This document shows, in pieces, positions 27,854 through 35,340 of a DNA stretch of 35,340 nt. Numbering within the stretch: the first letter of the stretch is position 1; each line of letters opens with the position of its first letter. The translations under genes were made by a program, and so were the position numbers. The notes beneath the pieces were generated by a model. The model had not been told where the DNA came from, ran no database searches, and saw only the letters and a list, made by a program, of their open reading frames with translations. Source of the stretch: Leptospiraceae bacterium (GTDB lineage Bacteria; Spirochaetota; Leptospiria; Leptospirales; Leptospiraceae); contig JAGRNF010000008.1 of NCBI GenBank assembly GCA_020440865.1, forward strand, positions 1-35,340. The letters run 5' to 3'.

Positions 27854-28578
27854 TAGTAAATACTAATACTACACTCACCGCTGCCGGTGACAATTACAAA
27901 TTGCATTGTATATCCTCCCTGAAGACTCCATTGAGGATTCACAGCATTCTCAGCAGCGGTTGGAGAGCATGTATTGGAAAAGTAAACATAATTCATATAA
28001 TTTGGACAAATAAAGGTAAAGCTCCTAGTTCCGGGAAGCAATTCTACCTTGAAAGCCTTTCCTGTGGTTTTGCTGTAAGTGACCTTGTTCACCTTTCCAA
28101 CTTCAAGAGTTACTTCTTCCCCATAGGGACTCCCTATTCCTGCGTAGCAATCCACATAATAATTCTTACCCGAACAGTTGTAGCCCGATTTTTGATCCAA
28201 GCTGGAACAGGTTCCCCCGGGCTTCATCACCTTCATTATGCCCTGAGGGATTCCATCCGGAACCTTTACTATCAATTCAGTATTTGTCGAGGCTTGTACA
28301 GTAGCAGGTAGATTATTGAAAGTAACAATATTCTCTGAAGTGACATAAGAAAAATTTCTACCTTTGATAGTTACTATTGAGGAAGGATAAGTAACATTGG
28401 AGTAGGAAATGCTTGGATTCACCTTTACAGGATCAAAAGACGTGACCACAGGTGAAGCAGTAGAATCACCGACAAGAGCTGCAAGGTAGTCATTACCGGA
28501 AGATGACGATTTACAATCCCCGATTAGGAATACAGCAATCAGTATTAATATTTGATATTTAATAAAATCCATGATCAT
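27853..28578 (-). CDS. Secreted/lipoprotein-like protein with IPT/TIG (Ig-like) domain and Cys-rich C-terminal domain
   Basis: Signal peptide with Cys ('...AVFLIGDCKSS'); TIG-like segment 'VVTSFDPVKVNPSISYSNVTYPSSIVTIKGRNFSYVTSENIVTFNNLPATVQASTNTELIVKVPDG'; 8 Cys in the C-terminal 110 aa. Confidence 0.6.
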   Translation of the reverse strand: MIMDFIKYQILILIAVFLIGDCKSSSSGNDYLAALVGDSTASPVVTSFDPVKVNPSISYSNVTYPSSIVTIKGRNFSYVTSENIVTFNNLPATVQASTNTELIVKVPDGIPQGIMKVMKPGGTCSSLDQKSGYNCSGKNYYVDCYAGIGSPYGEEVTLEVGKVNKVTYSKTTGKAFKVELLPGTRSFTFICPNYMNYVYFSNTCSPTAAENAVNPQWSLQGGYTMQFVIVTGSGECSISIY

Positions 28579-28821
28579 ATCAATCTGACTACCGACACTA
28601 AGTAATGTTTAAAAATCGGAAACAAAAATTCAATTCAATTCGAAATTCTTTTGAAAAATACTATACAGATAGCGATAATAAGCAGAGAAAATATATGGAT
28701 TTTATGAAAATTACCACAATTTTTTAATTTTTTAATAAGAAACTGCTTGTTTCATTTTTTTTGGTATTCAATTGTTATTCAATAATATAATTAGTAACCC
28801 TGTTCCATAAAGGAAGTATCA

Positions 28822-31800
28822 ATGGATTTTATTGATCTAATTACATCATACACTCTTTTCAATTTTTACTCTTTTGGTACACTCTTAGTCTCATTTTTTA
28901 CTTTTTTCTTTGCTTTCTTCTTCTTAAACCTTTCCAATAAATCTAAAAGTACATTTCATCTGGGAATGGGATTTTTCTTTCTTGCCCTCTTCAGCTTTGG
29001 TTATTTCTTCGGAGCATCCTTTTATCATCCCCTAGCTGCTTATCACAGATGGCTGACAGGAGGCTTTGTCTTACCGGCACTGATTCATTTCGGACAATTC
29101 TTCTTCACCTATCCCACTGACATCAATCCCAAACTATCCCGTCGAGTTTTTCAGGGATCCTGGGCCATTGCCATTTTGGCTATCCTCACTTTCTTTTATC
29201 AGACAGCTATTTCAGAAAAGAAATACCATTTCACAGGACACTATTGGGATTTTGATGCTGAAGGAATTAGCTTTGTTCTGGGAATCATCATCATGCTTTT
29301 TTCTCTGGTCAAGCTCTTGGTGATAGGTCTATGGAAAGCTTATAGGGTGAAAACAAATGAGCGATACGTCATCCTGCTCATGGTGATAGCTATGTTTATT
29401 TCAGCACTCCTCCCCAACTTCACAAATATTCTGAGTAGGGATGGTGCTCTTGAAAGGTCTACGTATCTATTTTCACTAGTATTTAGTTTTGTTCTCGGTT
29501 TTTTCATGGTTTCGATTGTGTACATCAATTCGACTACAGATCGAACCAGCTTCATGGCAAAAATTATAAGTATCACACTTGTAACCATGCTTCTCATCAT
29601 GCAATCACTTAGTTTTTATACCATGAAAGATCAGGATTCTGATTTCGATGGGATCAAAGTCGAGCATATTGAAAGGATATTGATCAATAAAGATTACTTT
29701 CGGGACATAGATTACATTCTAGAAATTCCACTTGATTCTAAGGAAATCAATAAAATCAGATACTCTGATGTTCACAATCTGGATTTAGAACTACTTAAAA
29801 TCGATTTTCTAAATACATCGATTCATGATAGAATTCAACGCCTAACTTCAACAAATTTCAAAAAAAATCTCATTGAAATTCTTGATACAACCCACCCGTA
29901 CTTTCAGGGTTACAGAGAATCGATTGATTTATTTCTTCAAAACAATGAATCCCTTAGTGATTCAGAACTCAAAGACAGATTGTCTGACTATTTATCCGAC
30001 TTAAACTCAATCGGTTATGTTACTACCAACCGAATCAGTGCACTGAACAATACAAACTTTTGTTCGGAAGTTACCAAATTCCTATCCTCAAAATTAGAAT
30101 TAAAACCCTTTAAAAATGAAATTGAGAGACATTTCAAAGATTGTGAATGGGACAATAAACCTATGACTTCTGATGAGATGCGTAGAGAAATCAACAAATA
30201 TTTTCGTTTTTTCAAACCTTCTCTTACAAGACACTACCGTAAAAGCATGCATGAATATCAGGATCAGCAACACTATGTGTCATACATCTACTACAATCCA
30301 TATTTAGAAATAGTTACCGAAGTTGGTTTTTCTTATATCGAATACAGAAATCACATCCACAAAGTCGCCTACAGTCAACAATTGACACTCATCATAGTGA
30401 TTCTTGTTATAGTGATATTCTATCCAATGTTCTTCAGAGGCTCTCTCCTGAATCCTCTGAACCTCCTTCTTCAGGGAGTGGAAAACGTCAATAATGGTGA
30501 ACTGGAAGTAGAAGTGCCCGTAATGGTAAAAGACGAGATCGGATTTTTGGCTGATTCCTTCAATAAAATGGTTATATCCATTCGATATGCAAGGTCAGAA
30601 CTACAACATTACGCTGAAACCCTAGAAGAAAAAGTTGCCAATAGAACCAAAGAAGTCGAAGAGCAAATGTCAGAAGTGCAAAACCTGAAAAATCAACAGG
30701 ATGGAGATTACTACCTGACTTCACTTCTAGCCAAGCCCTTATTTAAAAACTGGAACAAATCCGATTTTGTTTCTACAGATTTCTTTTTAAAACAAAAGAA
30801 AAGTTTTCAGTTTCGAACAAAAGAATCTGAACTCGGTGGAGACATCTGTGTAACAGGAAATCTTCGATTGGGAAAGAAAGAAAAGTTCAAACGATATACT
30901 TTTGCTCTCAATGGTGATGCGATGGGAAAGTCAATGCAGGGTGCCGGAGGATCTCTGGTCATGGGAGTTGTGATCAATTCGATCATTGCACGCTCAGCAA
31001 GAAATGATTGGGTCCTTGACCAAACCCCGGAACATTGGTTGACTGAGATGTACTATGAAGTCAATCGGGTCTTTAAATCTTTCAATGGATCTATGGTAAT
31101 ATCCTGTGTAGCTATGCTCATAGATGACGAGACAGGAGATACATTCTATTTCAATGCCGAGCATCCCTTCTCCGTCCTATATCGAAACGGAGATGCAGTT
31201 TTTATTGATAAAGATCTGACTCTCAGAAAGCTGGGTCTCGATTCAGAAATCCCCTTTGAGGTCCAAAAAACCAAACTTCTACCCGGTGACATTTTAATCA
31301 TAGGTTCTGATGGAAGAGATGATATCGATCTCACTCCGGAGGAACCCTTCCGCACGATCAATGAGGACGAAAACTTGTTTTTAAAGCATGTAGTCCGCGG
31401 GAAGGGAAATCTTGAAGAGATCTACAAATCTATTCTGAAAATGGGTTCAATCACCGATGATTTTTCACTTCTCAGAGTGGTTTATAGAGAACATGAAATT
31501 TCAAACAATGTAGATCTGGAAGATAGCTATGATGAAAACATCGAAATCGATTCTATTTACCAAAAGTGCAAAGAAATCCTGAAAGCCGGGAATTTTTCTG
31601 AGGCCTATGAACACCTCAACCGTGCTTATCAGATCAATCCGGACCATCCGAAGGTCAGTAGACTTTATGGAATGTTGGCCTTCAAATCCAAAGACTTTCA
31701 TACAGCAATCTCAGTCATGAGAGGATATCTCCTGAGGGATCCCCTTTATTCTGACTTCTGGTACTATTTGGGAATCTCAGAAAAAATGGTAGGAAATTAC

Positions 31801-32028
31801 CGTGGAGCTGAGGAGGCCTCACGACAATTGGTCCGAATGCAACCCGACCACATTCAGAATATGATCAATCTTACAGATATTCTTCGCCTACAAAACAAAT
31901 TGGATGAAGCCAGAGTCTTCCTGAAGCAGGTGATCAATATAGATCCTGAAAATCGGCAGGCCAAAAAAATGTTCAATATCTTAGAAAAAAACAATTCGAA
32001 TGAGGATATGGACTCAATAGCCGATTGA
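28822..32028 (+). CDS. Large multi-domain membrane sensor: N-terminal polytopic TM region, HAMP, PP2C/SpoIIE phosphatase, C-terminal TPR
   Basis: ~8 TM segments in the first 270 aa; HAMP-like 'LLQGVENVNNGELEVEVPVMVKDEIGFLADSFNKMV'; PP2C motifs 'LGGDICVTG', 'ALNGDAMGKSMQGAGGSLVMG', 'FNAEHPFSVLYRNGD', 'ILIIGSDGRDD'; TPR repeats at the C-terminus. Confidence 0.85.
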   Translation: MDFIDLITSYTLFNFYSFGTLLVSFFTFFFAFFFLNLSNKSKSTFHLGMGFFFLALFSFGYFFGASFYHPLAAYHRWLTGGFVLPALIHFGQFFFTYPTDINPKLSRRVFQGSWAIAILAILTFFYQTAISEKKYHFTGHYWDFDAEGISFVLGIIIMLFSLVKLLVIGLWKAYRVKTNERYVILLMVIAMFISALLPNFTNILSRDGALERSTYLFSLVFSFVLGFFMVSIVYINSTTDRTSFMAKIISITLVTMLLIMQSLSFYTMKDQDSDFDGIKVEHIERILINKDYFRDIDYILEIPLDSKEINKIRYSDVHNLDLELLKIDFLNTSIHDRIQRLTSTNFKKNLIEILDTTHPYFQGYRESIDLFLQNNESLSDSELKDRLSDYLSDLNSIGYVTTNRISALNNTNFCSEVTKFLSSKLELKPFKNEIERHFKDCEWDNKPMTSDEMRREINKYFRFFKPSLTRHYRKSMHEYQDQQHYVSYIYYNPYLEIVTEVGFSYIEYRNHIHKVAYSQQLTLIIVILVIVIFYPMFFRGSLLNPLNLLLQGVENVNNGELEVEVPVMVKDEIGFLADSFNKMVISIRYARSELQHYAETLEEKVANRTKEVEEQMSEVQNLKNQQDGDYYLTSLLAKPLFKNWNKSDFVSTDFFLKQKKSFQFRTKESELGGDICVTGNLRLGKKEKFKRYTFALNGDAMGKSMQGAGGSLVMGVVINSIIARSARNDWVLDQTPEHWLTEMYYEVNRVFKSFNGSMVISCVAMLIDDETGDTFYFNAEHPFSVLYRNGDAVFIDKDLTLRKLGLDSEIPFEVQKTKLLPGDILIIGSDGRDDIDLTPEEPFRTINEDENLFLKHVVRGKGNLEEIYKSILKMGSITDDFSLLRVVYREHEISNNVDLEDSYDENIEIDSIYQKCKEILKAGNFSEAYEHLNRAYQINPDHPKVSRLYGMLAFKSKDFHTAISVMRGYLLRDPLYSDFWYYLGISEKMVGNYRGAEEASRQLVRMQPDHIQNMINLTDILRLQNKLDEARVFLKQVINIDPENRQAKKMFNILEKNNSNEDMDSIAD

Positions 32029-32193
32029 GTAGATTTTTAAAGGGACATAAATTTTATTGACAAATGTAAATAAGTTAGTAAATAAATTAATAAAAAATTC
32101 TCAATAAATTTCATTATGTTCCAAAATATGTCCCATACATTCAAAAACTTTAGAAAAATCTTATTTTTTTAAGAAAAAAATTTTTCATTTGAA

Positions 32194-32221
32194 TTGACAT
32201 AGGATTTTGAAAACCGATAAT
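32194..32221 (+). promoter_or_regulatory. Sigma70-like promoter (TTGACA-16-GATAAT) placing the TSS at or next to the ATG of the downstream gene
   Basis: TTGACA at 32194-32199, 16-nt spacer, GATAAT at 32216-32221; the first ATG of the ORF is at 32228, ~7 nt downstream of the -10 box, which suggests a leaderless transcript. Confidence 0.4.
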
Positions 32222-32227
32222 CAAAAT

Positions 32228-33127
32228 ATGAATCACGAAAGAAATTCAGATACAGACTCTATGCAAAAACTACTAGAATTCCTTTTTTATGAGATTCACT
32301 TTTCCACAGACGAGATCCGTGACGAAACAACTCAAAAAATCGTAGAAATCCTTCCCTGGAACTCCTCTCTATCAAATATAGTAGACAGGTTTTCGGATGG
32401 TAACCTAAGAATCAGCAGTAGAAATTCAATACCCAAAATTCAGGTTGAGTTAGTGAATCATCACCTTTCCCAACTCTCCCAAAAAGGTCATCGAAATTCT
32501 TATGAAGATCTCGAGAAAGGAGTTTACCTTCTTTCATTGATGGGAGATCCAACAGCTGACTATCAAACTTTTAAAAACAAACTTGATTCGATTTCCTTTC
32601 GACTGGGAGAGTTATTTGAACTCAACCGTTCAATTCTCACAGATGAAGTGAAAGTTCACCTTTTGTCCCGTGTGATGCACCAGGAAGAAGGCTACAACGG
32701 AAACCACATATTCTATCACAACCCTGAGAACTCCTATATAACTAAAGTTGTCAATTCTAAGTTTGGTATTCCAATCACTCTATCAGTTCTATATATGTTG
32801 GTCGGTCACCGACTCAATCTTCCTTTATTCGGTGTCAACTTACCTCTTCATTTTATGCTTTCGTATGAATCCGATGAGTATCAAACTTTTATTGATCCTT
32901 TCAACGGTGGAGTTCAATTAGATAAAGAAACCTGTCTGAGATTCTTAGAAGCCAATGGTTACAAAGACTCCTCCGATTATTTCTCCAGGGCAAGCACACT
33001 TTCCATTCTAAGAAGAATGTACAATAATTTGATTCTCATATTTAAAAAATTAGGTGAGACAGAAAAAGAAGAGATCCTTTCAAAACAATTGGCTCTATTA
33101 GAAAATAAGCAGAGCAATTTTTCTTAA
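32228..33127 (+). CDS. Transglutaminase-like superfamily protein (Transglut_core2/SirB1-N-like)
   Basis: 'GNHIFYHNPENSYITKVVNSKFGIPITLSVLYMLVGHRLNLPLFGVNLPLHFML' follows the Transglut_core2 pattern (G-x-P-I-x-L-S ... R-L-x-L-P ... G-V-x-x-P-x-H-F). The ORF opens with TTG at 32207; the first ATG is at 32228. Confidence 0.5.
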   Translation: MNHERNSDTDSMQKLLEFLFYEIHFSTDEIRDETTQKIVEILPWNSSLSNIVDRFSDGNLRISSRNSIPKIQVELVNHHLSQLSQKGHRNSYEDLEKGVYLLSLMGDPTADYQTFKNKLDSISFRLGELFELNRSILTDEVKVHLLSRVMHQEEGYNGNHIFYHNPENSYITKVVNSKFGIPITLSVLYMLVGHRLNLPLFGVNLPLHFMLSYESDEYQTFIDPFNGGVQLDKETCLRFLEANGYKDSSDYFSRASTLSILRRMYNNLILIFKKLGETEKEEILSKQLALLENKQSNFS

Positions 33128-33128
33128 T

Positions 33129-33485
33129 TCATTCCGGAAAGCAAGGATCAAATTCTCCCGAATTAGAATTCGGAGATACATGAATCAATTCCTCTCCTTC
33201 AAACTTCAATCCAAGAAGAGGTAGCCAGAAACAGCCATTCTTTTCAAAGCCTGTAGCATCCTCCAATTCCATTTTAAAAATTCTCAAAATTTCATTTTTG
33301 GATTTTCCTCGTGTCAAATATGGTATGAGTTTCATCAATTCCTTTCTCATCTTTTGTTCTTCCTGATAGGAAGTTTCGAGATAAGATTTTGATACCACCA
33401 TATCCAAATTCATTAGGTAAAGATAAATCAATAATAGTATTAGAAAAAGATTAAAACCCACCGAAACTATTAGATATTTTTTCAT
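33129..33485 (-). CDS. Small hypothetical membrane-anchored protein
   Basis: 118-aa ORF with N-terminal hydrophobic anchor 'LIVSVGFNLFLILLLIYLYL'; no recognisable motifs. Convergent with, and 1 nt from, the upstream gene's stop. Confidence 0.4.
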   Translation of the reverse strand: MKKYLIVSVGFNLFLILLLIYLYLMNLDMVVSKSYLETSYQEEQKMRKELMKLIPYLTRGKSKNEILRIFKMELEDATGFEKNGCFWLPLLGLKFEGEELIHVSPNSNSGEFDPCFPE

Positions 33486-33565
33486 AGTCTTATTACTATT
33501 TTCGTAATTTTAGTTCAGCGGATTGATATTAGGTTATTTTAATTTAAGAGATTCGAAATAAGAAA

Positions 33566-33587
33566 TCCCCGTGAGAATCCACGGGGA
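33566..33587 (-). terminator. Rho-independent terminator of the downstream surface-protein gene
   Basis: GC-rich 8-bp stem 'tccccgtg' / 'cacgggga' with 6-nt loop; on the - strand it is followed by 'tttcttatttcg'. It lies 16 nt beyond the stop codon at 33603. Confidence 0.6.
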
Positions 33588-33602
33588 TGAAGGAAAGTTC
33601 AA

Positions 33603-34790
33603 TTAATTGTTAGAAGGTATAGCTTTTATGCTTGTTTTGGGAGCCTGAACATCATAGAAGAATGAAATTGCTTTTACATCACTTTCATTACCTACATTGT
33701 CAATAGATTTTGCTTCTAATTTGTGTTCGCCGGGAGTATCAAAAGTCAATTCTTCTACATAAGGAGAGAACTCAGTGTCAGTGTCTCTTTTGTAGAGAAT
33801 TTTAGAAATACCACTTTCGTTATCTTTAGCAGATAGCTTAAAAAGTGTTCCTTTTCTAGCAAAACTCTTGTCTCCAACTTTAACATAAGGTAAAGACTCT
33901 GTAATGTCTACAGTCGGTTTACCTGCATCAATGTTCACAAGATAGTTTTGAGGTTGACTGGAGTTTCCTGCATTGTCGACAGCATAGTATGTAACAGAAT
34001 GAAATCCAGGTTTTTCGATCTTGATCGGACCTTCATAGGTTTTGTTGGGCTCGTTGTCTACGGAGTATACAATCTCTTTCACGCCAGCCGCAACATCTTC
34101 AGCAGTGATTGTGAAAGTGTTGTTGGGAGAAGTAAAACCGGTAGATTTATCCACATACAATGGCTGAGAAGGTTTGATAACCGCAGTAGGAGGTGTGTTG
34201 TCTACAACAAGATAAAGAAGAGTAGGATTTTCTTTGTTTCCTACTTTATCTATCGCACGGTAAGCAATTGTAGTAGATCCCTCTTTAGAAAGAGTGATCG
34301 GTCCGGTGTATTTCATGTATTCTGAATCATTGATTTTGTATTCAACATAATCTACAGTACTGAGATCATCAGTTGGTAACAATTCAAAAGAAGTTTTGAA
34401 GTTTACATACAGAGCAGTTTTTCCTGTTCCGGGCTGTGGCTGTGTAGCTGCAGTGTTTGAAGCAGGAGGAGTAGTTGTAGTTGCTCCAGTTGTTGTACCG
34501 GAAGTTGTAGTTTCTGCAGGTGTGGTAGATGTAGTGTTAGATGTAGTGGACTTATCAGTCGCAGTGACATTTCCATTTTCATCTGTAGTTGTAGTGGTCG
34601 TGGTTGTAGTAACTGTTTCCTCCCTTTTTACAGGTTGGACAGTATCCTTTGTGGTAATTACTGAATCAATTACCTCGGATGCTTTATCAACGGTTTTAGT
34701 GCTAGGTATAGGCTTTTTGCTTTGCTGACCAATAATCGCAAAAGCAGAGAGAAAAGCCAGTAGAAGGATACTTCTTTTCAGCGCTGTCAT
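33603..34790 (-). CDS. Secreted surface protein: signal peptide, Thr/Ser-rich linker, three tandem CHB_HEX_C-like/Ig-like repeats
   Basis: Signal peptide 'MTALKRSILLLAFLSAFAIIGQ'; the linker 'TTTTTTTTDENGN...TSTTPAETTTSGTTTGATTTTPP' maps to ~34463-34613 on the - strand; three repeats each with a Y-x-A-x-D-x-x-G-N motif ('YRAIDKVGNKENP', 'YYAVDNAGNSSQP', 'AKSIDNVGNESD'). Confidence 0.65.
   Translation of the reverse strand: MTALKRSILLLAFLSAFAIIGQQSKKPIPSTKTVDKASEVIDSVITTKDTVQPVKREETVTTTTTTTTTDENGNVTATDKSTTSNTTSTTPAETTTSGTTTGATTTTPPASNTAATQPQPGTGKTALYVNFKTSFELLPTDDLSTVDYVEYKINDSEYMKYTGPITLSKEGSTTIAYRAIDKVGNKENPTLLYLVVDNTPPTAVIKPSQPLYVDKSTGFTSPNNTFTITAEDVAAGVKEIVYSVDNEPNKTYEGPIKIEKPGFHSVTYYAVDNAGNSSQPQNYLVNIDAGKPTVDITESLPYVKVGDKSFARKGTLFKLSAKDNESGISKILYKRDTDTEFSPYVEELTFDTPGEHKLEAKSIDNVGNESDVKAISFFYDVQAPKTSIKAIPSNN
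34463..34613 (-). repeat. Low-complexity Thr/Ser-rich coding tract (mucin-like linker) within the surface-protein gene
   Basis: Runs of ACN codons on the - strand; the antisense reading gives the spurious Val-rich ORF at 34396..34728. Confidence 0.7.
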
Positions 34791-34930
34791 TAAATAACTC
34801 CTATGTTAACGGTTTATAAGGGATTGTTATAACCAGTTTCAAGATTTATACTAAGAATGTCAAGGATTGAGAATTTTCTTTAAAATCTTTTTGACATTTC
34901 TTTTCTTTAAATAGTATACGATGAATACAT

Positions 34931-35340
34931 TATGAACCTACTACCATTGATTCTGTCTCTTTGTATATTTTTTATCAATGGTACAGAATTATCTCTACAC
35001 CCCCTATCCAAATATTCCGATAGTAGAGTTCTCGAAAATTTTGAAAATTTTCAATTCTCTGAGAAGAACATAATTTTCCATGGAAATTCAGAAATTTATC
35101 CTGAGATCAAGCTCACCTCACTCTTCACCTCTCCCTATATGGAATCCAACTCTTCTCTACTTTTCCGGATTCCTTCCGGAGCCAGGTTTGAGTCTATAGA
35201 AGTTCTTTTGAGCACTCCTTATCTCATTCCCGAACTAGCTCTTGAATTAGAGTTCCACCTTTATAGCACTGCCAGAGGGGGTGAATTGTACTTTTTTGTG
35301 GAAGACAGTGCTTCAAGACCGCATAAAGTTTCAGTATCAA
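34931..35340 (+). CDS. Partial (5' portion) secreted hypothetical protein, continues beyond the window
   Basis: ATG at 34931 followed by >136 codons with no stop to the window end; N-terminal 'MNLLPLILSLCIFFINGTELS' is signal-peptide-like. Absent from the ORF track because no stop codon lies in the window. Confidence 0.4.

Noticed and set aside
27901-28311. 136-aa + strand ORF
   Set aside because: It is antisense to the TIG-domain surface-protein gene and has no signal peptide or motifs.
34396-34728. 110-aa Val-rich ORF on the + strand
   Set aside because: It is the antisense reading of the Thr-rich (ACN-codon) linker of the 33603-34790 gene, so it is a low-complexity artefact.
1-35340. Search for CRISPR arrays, tRNA/rRNA genes, IS elements and transposase or integrase genes
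   Set aside because: There are no regularly spaced short direct repeats, no cloverleaf-compatible ~75-nt segments in the intergenic regions, and no transposase, integrase or recombinase-like ORFs. The interspersed repeats found lack TIRs and TSDs, so I did not call them mobile elements.

Overview
AT-rich window from a spirochete-like chromosome (most consistent with Leptospira). It holds about 24 protein-coding genes and no rRNA, tRNA, CRISPR array, IS element or transposase. Gene content is dominated by signal transduction: two class-III adenylate/guanylate cyclase-domain proteins (one with a HAMP domain and membrane anchor) and four PP2C/SpoIIE-type phosphatases, three of them fused to large multi-TM sensor domains. 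Two operon-like trios have the same logic: an outer-membrane beta-barrel, a periplasmic solute-binding protein and an inner-membrane signalling enzyme. Housekeeping genes are glycine dehydrogenase (gcvP) with a CDF-like transporter downstream, an enoyl-CoA hydratase, an alpha/beta hydrolase and an orphan NeuB-family sialic-acid-type synthase. Two previously unannotated interspersed non-coding repeat families are present. A ~100-bp element occurs 6 times, mostly just upstream of the PP2C sensor genes, begins with a conserved TATAGT box and carries a short 'MATY...' mini-ORF. A ~150-bp element occurs as direct repeats flanking the NeuB gene. All calls rest on motifs read by eye from the supplied translations and sequence; no database search was run.
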